From assembly GCA_023409795.1 (NCBI GenBank), contig JAEYQX010000087.1, positions 284 to 64,283 on the forward strand: a DNA stretch of 64,000 nt, given 5' to 3'. The notes below the pieces were generated by a model. The model was not told the origin of the DNA. It worked only from the letters and a program-made list of their open reading frames with translations, and did not search any database. Below, piece by piece: positions 44,538 to 53,345 of this stretch (position 1 is its first letter; the number at the start of each line of letters is the position of its first letter). The DNA comes from Pseudomonadota bacterium (GTDB taxonomy: Bacteria > Pseudomonadota > Alphaproteobacteria > Caulobacterales > Caulobacteraceae). The translations under genes were made by a program, and so were the position numbers.

Positions 44538-45989
44538 CTAGACCTCCCCGTGGTTTGTGTAGGTTGTCTTCATCTCGGTGAAGAACTCGGCCGCCGCCGT
44601 GCCCTGTTCCCGGCCGCCAAAGCCGGACGGCGCGCGCCCGCCGAAGGGCGCGTGATATTCAACTCCGGCTGTCGGGGCATTGATCATCACCATCCCGGCG
44701 GGCGACTGGCGACGGAAGCGTTCGGCCGATCTCAGGTCTGTGGTGCAGATGCCCGAGGACAGGGCCAGCTCGCAGTCACGCGCCGTGGCTATGGCCTCGT
44801 CCAGGTCCGCGACCTTGATCACCCCGGCCACCGGGCCAAACACCTCTTCACGGTTCAGGTGCATGTCATTGCGGGTGCCCACGAACAGGGTGGGGGCCAG
44901 GTAATGGCCGCGATAGCCGGTTTCGACCTCCGCGCCGCCAGCGACCAGCTCGCATCCATCGTTCAGCGCCGAGGCAATGAATTCGAGATCCTTGGCCAGC
45001 TGGGGGCCTGTGGCGACAGGGCCGATCTGACTGCCGTCCTCGAGCGCGTGGCCAACCTTCAGAGCCTGGACCCTGGGGACCAGCTTTTCGACGAAAGCAT
45101 CGTGGATTCCCTCGGTGACGATCAGGCGCGAAGAGCCGGTGCATCTCTGGCCTGTCTGGCCCCAGGTCCCCTGCAAGGCCACGTCAACCGCCAGGTCGAG
45201 ATCGGCATCGTCCAGGACGACCAGCGGATTCTTGCCGCCCAGCTCCAGCTGGACCTTGGTCATGGTGTCAGCCGCCTGCTTCAACAGGTCCTGTCCCGCT
45301 GGCGTGGAGCCGGTAAAGCTCAGGGCGTCCGATCCGGCCAGAAGCGGCGGGACCAGGCTCCGGCCCGAGCCGTTGAGCAGGTTCACCACGCCCGCTGGCA
45401 GGCCCGCCTTCTCCAGGGCCTGGACCAGCAGGACGGCGCAGCCCGGCGTGAAGTTGGATGGTTTCAGGATACAGGTGTTGCCATAGGCCAGGGCTGCCGC
45501 GATCTTCCAGGCCGGGATGGCGACCGGGAAGTTCCAGGGCGTCACGATCAGGCAGACGCCCACCGGCTCATAGTCGACCCGAATACTGTGGCCGGGGCGA
45601 AGGGACGGCAGGGTCGCGCCGGGATGACGCAGGGCCTCACCGGCGAAATAGTGGAAGACCTGGGCGGCGCGAACCGCTTCCCCGATGGCCTCGGGCAGGA
45701 TCTTGCCCTCTTCCAGTGCCAGCATTCGTCCCATGTCGCTGGCGGTCTCAAGCAGGATGTCGCCGGTCCTGCGCAGGATGTCTGCACGAAGCTGGATATT
45801 GGAACGGCTCCAGCCATCCAGGGCCCTGCGCGCCGCCTCGAGGGTTTCGTCAACCAGGCTGGTGGGGGCGGCGTAGTAGGTGCCCACGTGATGGGTCAGG
45901 TCGGACGGGCTGAAGGTCTCGAAGGCATGGCCGTCGTCCCGCCACGTCCCGTCCACAAGGTTCAGGCCGATAAAGGGTGTGTTGGTCAT
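44538..45989 (-). CDS. Aldehyde dehydrogenase
   Basis: PWNFP, FTGS, LELGGKNP, GQRCT, EEVFGPV. Confidence 0.92.
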   Translation of the reverse strand: MTNTPFIGLNLVDGTWRDDGHAFETFSPSDLTHHVGTYYAAPTSLVDETLEAARRALDGWSRSNIQLRADILRRTGDILLETASDMGRMLALEEGKILPEAIGEAVRAAQVFHYFAGEALRHPGATLPSLRPGHSIRVDYEPVGVCLIVTPWNFPVAIPAWKIAAALAYGNTCILKPSNFTPGCAVLLVQALEKAGLPAGVVNLLNGSGRSLVPPLLAGSDALSFTGSTPAGQDLLKQAADTMTKVQLELGGKNPLVVLDDADLDLAVDVALQGTWGQTGQRCTGSSRLIVTEGIHDAFVEKLVPRVQALKVGHALEDGSQIGPVATGPQLAKDLEFIASALNDGCELVAGGAEVETGYRGHYLAPTLFVGTRNDMHLNREEVFGPVAGVIKVADLDEAIATARDCELALSSGICTTDLRSAERFRRQSPAGMVMINAPTAGVEYHAPFGGRAPSGFGGREQGTAAAEFFTEMKTTYTNHGEV

Positions 45990-47221
45990 TGGAGAGTATC
46001 CTCAAGGATGCCTTGTCGCGCGAGGGCCCCGATTTCATCGTCAGAAAGGCCCAGGTATTCGCGCAGGACGGCGGCGGTATCGGCCCCGCGCACGGGGGGT
46101 GCCTGCCGATAGGTGGCGGGCGATTTCGACAGGCGGGCCGGGAAGGCCAGGGACCGGATGCTCTGTCCGTCGCGGTCCAGGGTCTGGATCAGATCGCGCG
46201 CGGCCACCTGGGGATCAGCCAAAGCATCGGGGATGGAGTTGACGGGGCCGCCGGGCAGGCCTCTCGCCTGCATCGCGCCGAGCAGGTCCTGGCTTGTCCA
46301 TTGCTGGATCGCCGGTCCCATTAGGGCCTGCAGGGCCCTGCGATGGGTGCTGCGTCCGCTGTTGGTGGCAAAGCGCGGGTCCGTGCCCAGGTCATCCAGA
46401 CCGATCAGGACACAGAAATCCCGGAACTGCTTGTCCGTGCCGACGGCGACCAGGACATGGCCGTCGGCGGTGGCGAAATCCTGGTAGGGGACGACGTTGG
46501 GATGCTCGTTCGCCAGCCGACCAGGCACCATCCCGCCGTTGAGGTAATTCGAGGCCTGGTTGGCCAGCAGACTCAGCTGGGTATCCAGCAGGGCGCAGTC
46601 GATATGCTGGCCCTCGCCGGTGTGGGTCCGGTGATTGACGGCGGCCAGGATGGCGATGGTGGCGTAAAGGCCCGTGAACAGATCGCTGACCGGGATCCCG
46701 ACCTTGGTCGGCGCACCTCCCTGGTCGTCGGGGAAGCCGGTCACGCTCATCAGGCCGCTCATGCCCTGGACCAGAAAGTCATAGCCGCCCCGGTGGGCGT
46801 GGGGCCCGTCCTGCCCGAAGCCGGTGATGGAGCAATAGATCAGGTCAGGCTTGAGAGCGCTCAGGCTGGCGTAGTCGAGCCCGTATCGCGCCAGGGCCCC
46901 CACCTTGAAATTCTCCACCAGAATGTCGGCCTGGACGACCAGCTGCCGGATCAGGCTGGCTCCACCTTCGTGGGCCAGGTTGATCGAGATGCCCCGCTTG
47001 TTGCGGTTGGTGGCAAGATAATAGGCAGCATCGCCCGAGCCATCGTCCAGGAAGGGTGGCCCCCAGCGACGGGTCTCGTCTCCGACGCCAGGCAGTTCCA
47101 CCTTGATGACCTCGGCACCCAGGTCGCCCAGGATCTGGGTCGACCAGGGGCCAGCCAGGACCTTGGAAAGGTCCAGCACCCTCAGCCCGTCCAACGGGCC
47201 TTTACAGCCCGTCCCGGTCAT
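45986..47221 (-). CDS. CaiB/BaiF family (class III) CoA transferase
   Basis: RVLDLSKVLAGPW, GAEVIKVE, NRNKR, ENFK, GYDFLVQ. Confidence 0.92.
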   Translation of the reverse strand: MTGTGCKGPLDGLRVLDLSKVLAGPWSTQILGDLGAEVIKVELPGVGDETRRWGPPFLDDGSGDAAYYLATNRNKRGISINLAHEGGASLIRQLVVQADILVENFKVGALARYGLDYASLSALKPDLIYCSITGFGQDGPHAHRGGYDFLVQGMSGLMSVTGFPDDQGGAPTKVGIPVSDLFTGLYATIAILAAVNHRTHTGEGQHIDCALLDTQLSLLANQASNYLNGGMVPGRLANEHPNVVPYQDFATADGHVLVAVGTDKQFRDFCVLIGLDDLGTDPRFATNSGRSTHRRALQALMGPAIQQWTSQDLLGAMQARGLPGGPVNSIPDALADPQVAARDLIQTLDRDGQSIRSLAFPARLSKSPATYRQAPPVRGADTAAVLREYLGLSDDEIGALARQGILEDTLQ

Positions 47222-48381
47222 TTTGCGCGCTGGTTGAAACGACGACCGGCCAGGGCCGCCGCGATATTGACCTTCTGGATGTCGATCGAGCCGCCGGCAA
47301 TGCCCCAGCCCCAGGCGTCGCGGAAGCGTTGCTCGGCAGGATACTCCTTGGAATAGCCATAGCCGCCCATCAGCTGCATGGCCTTGCCCGTGACGTCGCG
47401 GACCATTTCATTGGCAAAGCACTTGGCCATCGAGCTTGCGGCAACGTCGGGGAAGCCCGTGCCAATGGTGGCGACAGCCTTGTGGATCAGCAGGCGCGAG
47501 GCTTCCACCTGCATGGCCATCTCGGCGATCTTCATCTGCACCGCCTGGAAGTCGATCAGCGACTTTGAGAAGGCCTTGCGCTCCTGCACATAGTCCAGGA
47601 CATCTTCAAAGGCCGCAGCCGCGATGCCCAGGGACATGGTGGCGTTACCGCACCGTTCCAGGCAGAAGGCCCCCATCAGCTTGCCGAAACCACCTGCAGG
47701 TGCGACCAGATTTTCCAGCGGCACCTCGACGTTGTCGAGCATGATGTCGGCGCTGTAGACGCCTCGGAAACCCATCAGGTTTTCGCGTGCGCCATAGGAC
47801 ATGCCGGGCGTGTCGTGATCGACATAGACCGCACCGATACCCTTGGCACCGGGCGCGTCGCTGAGCTTGCAATACACCAGGTAGCCGTCCGAGCGACCGC
47901 CGCCGGAGGACCAGCGCTTCAGGCCGTTCAGGATGATCTTGTCGCCCTTGATTTCGGCGCGGGTGGTCAGGTCGGTCAGGGCCGTGCCGGCATCCGGTTC
48001 AGACATGGCGATAGCCACCACGTGTTCGCCACGGCACACGGCCGGCAGGATGCGCTGCTTCAGCGCCTCGGTGCCCAGGTATTCGATGGCCTTAACCGGA
48101 CCGACCGAGCTTTCGAAGATCGGAAAGGCCATGCCGGGATGAATGCGGGCGAACTCCTCCAGCACCAGGAGGGCCTCAAGACCACCCAGGCCCAGCCCAC
48201 CGTATTCGGTTCGGATGTTCACGCCCATGAAGCCCATTTCACCGAGCTTCTTTTTCCAGTCTTTCGAGAGAGGCTCGTTAGAACGCTCGATCTCAAGGCC
48301 AACTGCCGCCATTTCGCCGCGTGCGAAGGCCCGCGCCGCATCGCGCAGGGCTGCCTGGTCGGCCGTCAACTGAAAGTCCAT
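47218..48381 (-). CDS. Acyl-CoA dehydrogenase
   Basis: MSEPDAGT, helix-G Glu (LERCG), FQAVQ, QLMGGYGY. Confidence 0.9.
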   Translation of the reverse strand: MDFQLTADQAALRDAARAFARGEMAAVGLEIERSNEPLSKDWKKKLGEMGFMGVNIRTEYGGLGLGGLEALLVLEEFARIHPGMAFPIFESSVGPVKAIEYLGTEALKQRILPAVCRGEHVVAIAMSEPDAGTALTDLTTRAEIKGDKIILNGLKRWSSGGGRSDGYLVYCKLSDAPGAKGIGAVYVDHDTPGMSYGARENLMGFRGVYSADIMLDNVEVPLENLVAPAGGFGKLMGAFCLERCGNATMSLGIAAAAFEDVLDYVQERKAFSKSLIDFQAVQMKIAEMAMQVEASRLLIHKAVATIGTGFPDVAASSMAKCFANEMVRDVTGKAMQLMGGYGYSKEYPAEQRFRDAWGWGIAGGSIDIQKVNIAAALAGRRFNQRAK

Positions 48382-48444
48382 GTCCCACTCCTCTTGCTTA
48401 AGAGTCAGACTTAGACTTGAAGTTTTACGGATTCCAGCACTTTT

Positions 48445-48458
48445 TGAACATTTGTGCG
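48445..48458. promoter_or_regulatory. Candidate operator TGAACA-TT-TGTTCA, copy 3
   Basis: TGAACATTTGTGCG upstream of the ACAD-CaiB-ALDH operon. Confidence 0.55.
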
Positions 48459-48473
48459 GTTATAGCGAGCGTT

Positions 48474-49133
48474 CTATAGGGCATGAGATTCCAGATACTC
48501 GTTCAGGACCTCATCCTTAAGCCCCAGGCCCCGCCCGGCAAAGCGGACCAGATCGGCGAGTCGCTTGTCGGTTCCCCCGGCATAGGCCCCGACATCTCCG
48601 CCCTTGCCCGCCGTGGCCAGGGTCACGGTCGAGCCGAGGTGTTCCAGAAACATGACGATATTCTCGACCGCCACTTCCGCGCCGGTCAGGTGGCCGGCCG
48701 CCCGGGCTTCCGCGATGGCCTGGGCCAGGGCAGGTCGCGACACCCGCACGGCGCGCCGGTAGGCCAGCTTGGCATAATCCCCCTCGGAGGCGAGGTTGGC
48801 GGCCAGGATCCGGACCCGCTCCACATGGTCCGGCTCCGGCTCCAGACAGGCGCGGAAATAGGCTTCAAGCATGACCATCAGGCCTTCCGCACCGGCCAGG
48901 GTCAGGCCGACCTGGGCATAGATCTGGTCCTGCTCCTCGATCAGGTTCCGCAGCACCGCCCGATGCAGGGCGTCCTTGTTGGGGAAGTGCCGGAAGATCA
49001 GCGCATCAGAAATCTGGGCCTCCGCTGCAATCTGCAACGATGAGGCTTTCAGGCCGTGCAGGGCAAAGGCACGGCGCGCCCCAGCCAGGATGGTGGCGCG
49101 GCGGTCGGCGGCGGAGAGGCGCTTGCGGGACAT
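48474..49133 (-). CDS. TetR-family transcriptional regulator
   Basis: RLSAADRR..IL..A...FA..G, IAAEAQISDALIFRHFPNK HTH. Confidence 0.88.
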   Translation of the reverse strand: MSRKRLSAADRRATILAGARRAFALHGLKASSLQIAAEAQISDALIFRHFPNKDALHRAVLRNLIEEQDQIYAQVGLTLAGAEGLMVMLEAYFRACLEPEPDHVERVRILAANLASEGDYAKLAYRRAVRVSRPALAQAIAEARAAGHLTGAEVAVENIVMFLEHLGSTVTLATAGKGGDVGAYAGGTDKRLADLVRFAGRGLGLKDEVLNEYLESHAL

Positions 49134-49140
49134 TTGTTCA
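49127..49140. promoter_or_regulatory. Candidate operator TGAACA-TT-TGTTCA, copy 4, overlapping the tetR start codon
   Basis: GGGACATTTGTTCA spans the CAT at 49131-49133. Confidence 0.5.
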
Positions 49141-49227
49141 GTCTAGCCCGGTCGGAAGGCAAAGGTGAAGTTGATCAAATTCCCAAATTGCCGTTGCGCG
49201 AACGCCGACACCCTGCCTATAAATCAA

Positions 49228-49243
49228 GTAAGTAAACACTTAC
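49228..49243. promoter_or_regulatory. Palindromic operator GTAAGT-N4-ACTTAC
   Basis: Perfect 6-bp inverted repeat just upstream of the RBS of the 49261 gene; related copy at 60299-60314. Confidence 0.6.
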
Positions 49244-49260
49244 AAATAAGGGAGAGAAGG

Positions 49261-50325
49261 ATGTCATCTCATCGCAGCGAACGGCTCCGGCCGGTTTCCG
49301 AGCCGGTCATCCTTGATAATGTCTATACCCCCGACCAGCATCGTCGCCTGCTCGAGACGGCACGGCGCGAGGGCCCGTGGAGCCTGATCCTGGCCCAGCA
49401 TTTCAAGACGCCCGAAGAAGTCATCGCCACGATGTCTGGCAAGCTGCCCGAAGGGGTAACGCCGACCATGGACATGTTCCTGACGCCCTGTTTCCGCGGC
49501 CATTTCGCTGAAGCCGGCGTGTGCCTTTATGAAGGCATCGAGGACACCTTCTACAACACGACCTTCCTGAACCATGCCAAGGCCTACTGGAATGCCCAGT
49601 ATGCCCAGCCGACCATGATGCTGTTCAACATCCAGGGGCCCTGCCACTCGGAAGACCCGGGGCATCTGGATGGTGTGTCATTCCGCGGTATCTCCTACCA
49701 GAATAGCCCCGTCTGGCTGCTCAACATCATGGGCAAGTCGGGTCTTTTCACTGCCTATCTGCGCAAGATGGCCCAGGTCATCACCTGGTATTATCAGGGC
49801 AGCGAAGGCGGTGGCTTCACCTATTGGCCTCAAGGCCCGGCGGCGCAGCCAAAGCGCCTGGCTGCTCCCATGTGGGGCAAGGGCGTCGTGGTGCAAAACG
49901 AGATGATGTATCACCGCGGCGAAGCCAATGGCCCGCTTGAGTTGCGTCGTCCGGCCGGCCTGGCCCTACATTCCCTGTTCGGTGCGGATCCCGATGTTGC
50001 CGATGGCTGGCAGATCACGACCGACGGCAAGGTCATCCAGAAGGTTCCGGCGTCCGAGATGCGCTTCCTCGTCCACTGGAATGGCGAGGTCTTCAGCGAC
50101 ATCCAGGACATGCGCCGCACGCTGGAGCATACCGACGATCTGACCAAGGATCAGGTCTTCGACATCTTCCTGAAAGACATGCGTGCTGCGGGCATCCAGG
50201 TCGAGACCCCGACCGACCCGCTCAACGACCGGGCCTTCATTGGGGCACTGATCGCCCACTACGACATCGGCGTGCCGGAAATCTATCCGGCCGAGGCACC
50301 CGGGCCGCGCCAACTGGCCGCCTGA
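49261..50325 (+). CDS. Hypothetical protein, possible non-heme Fe (HxD...H) oxygenase
   Basis: Purine-rich RBS before ATG 49261; GHLDG, GGGFTYW and MYHRG motifs. Confidence 0.7.
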   Translation: MSSHRSERLRPVSEPVILDNVYTPDQHRRLLETARREGPWSLILAQHFKTPEEVIATMSGKLPEGVTPTMDMFLTPCFRGHFAEAGVCLYEGIEDTFYNTTFLNHAKAYWNAQYAQPTMMLFNIQGPCHSEDPGHLDGVSFRGISYQNSPVWLLNIMGKSGLFTAYLRKMAQVITWYYQGSEGGGFTYWPQGPAAQPKRLAAPMWGKGVVVQNEMMYHRGEANGPLELRRPAGLALHSLFGADPDVADGWQITTDGKVIQKVPASEMRFLVHWNGEVFSDIQDMRRTLEHTDDLTKDQVFDIFLKDMRAAGIQVETPTDPLNDRAFIGALIAHYDIGVPEIYPAEAPGPRQLAA

Positions 50326-50341
50326 CCCAGGCGATGGATCA

Positions 50342-50527
50342 TCACGCCTGCCTTGGCATGTGCGTGATGATCTGTTCCGCACTCACCGCGTGAAACGGCG
50401 AGGGACTACTGCGCGCCTGTTCGTAGAAAAAGCTCCCCGCCACCGACCACATGCCGATCACGATCAAAAGGAACAGCACTGCATAAGCAACGCCGATTGA
50501 ATCGCGGTCTTTGACCTGCGTCTCCAT
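50342..50527 (-). CDS. Small single-pass membrane protein (61 aa)
   Basis: GGAGG RBS before METQVKD; one hydrophobic segment (GVAYAVLFLLIVIGMWSVAGSFF). Confidence 0.5.
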   Translation of the reverse strand: METQVKDRDSIGVAYAVLFLLIVIGMWSVAGSFFYEQARSSPSPFHAVSAEQIITHMPRQA

Positions 50528-50599
50528 AATTTCCTCCCTGGCCTCTTTTCGGGCCTGAGAGGATTGATCCACTGAAACGCTGCTATGTAAACATTAAAA

Positions 50600-50645
50600 C
50601 ACGCATTGCTGAAAAATAGTGTTCAACTGTATGGCATTATGCGTA
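50600..50645. promoter_or_regulatory. Phased operator pair (CACGCAT-N32-ATGCGTA) upstream of kstD
   Basis: CACGCAT at 50600-50606 and ATGCGTA at 50639-50645. Confidence 0.55.
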
Positions 50646-50687
50646 GCATATGCTGTGCATCTGTTCGCGCGTATGTAGGGGGGCGTT

Positions 50688-52376
50688 ATGAGTGAGAAAA
50701 CAGATCTGCTCGTTGTGGGAAGCGGGGCAGGCGCTCTGGCCGCAGCCGTGCGGGCGCTGGATCACGGGCTTGGCGTTACCGTCATCGAGAAGTCAGCCTT
50801 CTGGGGCGGAACCTCAGCCATTTCCGGTGGGGCCCTGTGGTTGCCCGCCAATGGAGGCCTCGCTGGCGACGATCCCCGGATAGCGGCGGGCTATATGCGG
50901 TCCTGCATAGGCGCGGGCGTCGATGAGGAGCGGCTGGAAGCCTATATCCAGCAGGTGCCCCGGACGCTGGAGTTCCTGAAATCCGTCGGTGTCGAGCTGC
51001 GGTCGAATCCGGAATATCCCGACTATCGCCAGGACTATCCAGGGGCGATGCCGGGGGGGCGCACGATGGACCCCCAGCCGTTCGACGGTGCCCTGCTGGG
51101 CCCGCACTTCCATACCCTGCGCGACCAACTGCCCTTCATGAAGGTCTTTGGGCGCATTTCGCTGTCCAATCCTGAAGGCCGGATGCTGTCGCAGCGCCGC
51201 AAGGGCTGGATTGGCCTGTTGCTGAAGATGATGGCGGGCTACTGGCTCGACATTCCGTGGCGCATGAAGACCATTCGTGGACGCCGGCTGACCATGGGCT
51301 CGTCCCTGGTGGCCCCGCTCGGCAAGGCTCTGTTTGACCGCGGCGGGTCCATTCGTCTGCAACACAGACTCTCGGCCCTGAAGCGCCACGAGGACGGCAG
51401 CTTTGTTGCCAGTGTGGAAACCCCCGGAGGGACAAGCACCATCCAGGCCAGGGCCGTGGTCCTCGCCGCCGGCGGCTTTGAGCATTCACAGGCCTTGCGC
51501 AGCCGGTGGCTGCCGCCCGCAGCGCAGCGGAACCACAGCGCCTCGCCCAAGGGGATGAACCAAGGCGAAACCCTGGAGGCCGCCATGCAGGCCGGAGCGG
51601 CGACCGCAAACCTGCAAAACGCCTGGTGGGCTCCCTCGATGCGTGGCCCGATGGGTAATGATCCCGATGCCGTCTATGTTCTGTTCATGGAGCGGGCGTT
51701 CCCGGGCAGCGTCATCCTCAACAAACGCGGCGAGCGCTTCGCCAATGAAGCCAAGTCATACAATGACTTCGGCCTTGACATGATCGCTGATCAGGAGCGC
51801 ACGGGCGGCAGCTCCGATGTCTGGCTGATCTTCGATGCCGGATATCGCAAACGATATATGGTTGGCCCGCTCATGGCTGGCGAGATCGCGCCGGACAAGA
51901 CCCTGCCCAAGGACTGGCTGGGCCGCATCTTCCATCGCGCCGACAGCCTGAAGGCACTGGCGACCGAGATTGGCCTGCCGGCCGAGGCGGTCGAGGCCAG
52001 TATTGATCGCTTCAACGCCCACGCGGAGCAGGGTCGCGATCCCGACTTTGGTCGAGGCGACAATGTCTATGATCGCTATTTCGGCGATCAGGCTTTCGAA
52101 AATCCGAACCTCGGCCCCGTAAAGGACGGCCCCTTCTATGCCGTGCGGATCGTGCTGGGCGACCTGGGCACCAATGGCGGACTGAAGACTGACCGTCACG
52201 GCAACGTCGTGGATGAAGCCGGCGCGGCCATGAACGGCCTCTATGCCGTCGGCAATACGGCGGCTTCCGTCATGGGGCCATCCTATCCCGGTGCCGGCGG
52301 CACCCTGGGGCCTGCCGTGAGCTTCGGCGTGGCCGCCGCTGATCATGCCGCCACCTATCTCAAGACAGGAAGCTGA
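50688..52376 (+). CDS. kstD: 3-ketosteroid Delta1-dehydrogenase
   Basis: VVGSG..., GGTSAISGG, YPDY, RFANE..SY, GDLGT.GG, SYPGAG (KstD catalytic Tyr/Gly pattern). Confidence 0.85.
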   Translation: MSEKTDLLVVGSGAGALAAAVRALDHGLGVTVIEKSAFWGGTSAISGGALWLPANGGLAGDDPRIAAGYMRSCIGAGVDEERLEAYIQQVPRTLEFLKSVGVELRSNPEYPDYRQDYPGAMPGGRTMDPQPFDGALLGPHFHTLRDQLPFMKVFGRISLSNPEGRMLSQRRKGWIGLLLKMMAGYWLDIPWRMKTIRGRRLTMGSSLVAPLGKALFDRGGSIRLQHRLSALKRHEDGSFVASVETPGGTSTIQARAVVLAAGGFEHSQALRSRWLPPAAQRNHSASPKGMNQGETLEAAMQAGAATANLQNAWWAPSMRGPMGNDPDAVYVLFMERAFPGSVILNKRGERFANEAKSYNDFGLDMIADQERTGGSSDVWLIFDAGYRKRYMVGPLMAGEIAPDKTLPKDWLGRIFHRADSLKALATEIGLPAEAVEASIDRFNAHAEQGRDPDFGRGDNVYDRYFGDQAFENPNLGPVKDGPFYAVRIVLGDLGTNGGLKTDRHGNVVDEAGAAMNGLYAVGNTAASVMGPSYPGAGGTLGPAVSFGVAAADHAATYLKTGS

Positions 52377-52379
52377 ACC

Positions 52380-53315
52380 ATGCCAGCAATCATGGACCCT
52401 CAACTGGTGGCCCTGCTCCAGCACGCGCCTGCCTATCCGCCCGCGCGGACCATGCCGCTGGCCGACCTGCGAGGTTTCATCCGTCAGGTCTCTGACGCCA
52501 CGCCCAAGTATCCGGCAAGGCTGACGGAAGTCCGCGACCTTGCGATCGAGGGCGAGGGGGGGCACCCCCTGAACATCCGGCTCTACCGGCCAGAAGGCGA
52601 GGGGCCCCATCCCGTTGTTCTCTACTTTCACGGCGGCGGCTTCATCCTTGGGGATCTGGACAGCCAGGACATGATCGCGCGAGGCCTGGCAGAGGCGGCC
52701 GCAAGCCTCGTCCTGTCCGTCGACTATCGCCTTGCGCCAGAGCATCCCTATCCGGCGGCCGTTGTCGATGCCCGCACGGCGCTTCACTGGGCGCACCAGA
52801 ACGTAGCAGGCCTCGGCGGCGATCCGGCGCGGATGGCTGTGGCCGGCGACAGTGCGGGTGGGGTGCTGGCGGCCGTGACGGCCGTGATCGCAAAGGATGT
52901 GGGGATCCCGCTGAGAGGCCAGGCCCTCTTCTATGGTTCGGGCGGCTATCCCTTCGAGCACCTGCCCTCACGCGAGGAGTTCAAGGAGGGCGCGCTCTTG
53001 AATATCGACGACATCGACTACTTCTGGGAGCTCTACCTGGGCGACCTCGAAAAGCATGGGCGCGAGCCCTTGGCCGGACCCCGGTTCGCCGACCTGGCCG
53101 GCGTGGCTCCAGCCTATGTTCTGACGGCCGAGCTGGACCCCACCCGCGATGATGGTGAGGACTTTGGCAAGAGGATCCAGGCAGCGGGGGGCGAGGCGGT
53201 CATCGACCGGGCCCCTGGAATGATCCACGGCTTCCTTTCCTTCCTGGGCGCGGTCGACGAGGCCGGACGATCCCTGGATCGCGTCGGTGCCTGGCTGCGC
53301 CAGCGCTGGAACTAA
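52380..53315 (+). CDS. HSL-family alpha/beta hydrolase (esterase)
   Basis: HGGG, DYRLAPEHPYPA, GDSAG, DPTRD, HGF. Confidence 0.9.
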   Translation: MPAIMDPQLVALLQHAPAYPPARTMPLADLRGFIRQVSDATPKYPARLTEVRDLAIEGEGGHPLNIRLYRPEGEGPHPVVLYFHGGGFILGDLDSQDMIARGLAEAAASLVLSVDYRLAPEHPYPAAVVDARTALHWAHQNVAGLGGDPARMAVAGDSAGGVLAAVTAVIAKDVGIPLRGQALFYGSGGYPFEHLPSREEFKEGALLNIDDIDYFWELYLGDLEKHGREPLAGPRFADLAGVAPAYVLTAELDPTRDDGEDFGKRIQAAGGEAVIDRAPGMIHGFLSFLGAVDEAGRSLDRVGAWLRQRWN

Positions 53316-53345
53316 CCAATAAAAACACAGGTAATAGGGTTGAAC

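Noticed and set aside
47218..48381. 3-sulfinopropionyl-CoA desulfinase (Acd) next to an Act-like CoA transferase
   Set aside because: It shares the IAGG C-terminal motif and gene pairing, but retains a Glu at the helix-G catalytic position (LERCG), where I recall the desulfinase has Gln; called an ordinary ACAD.
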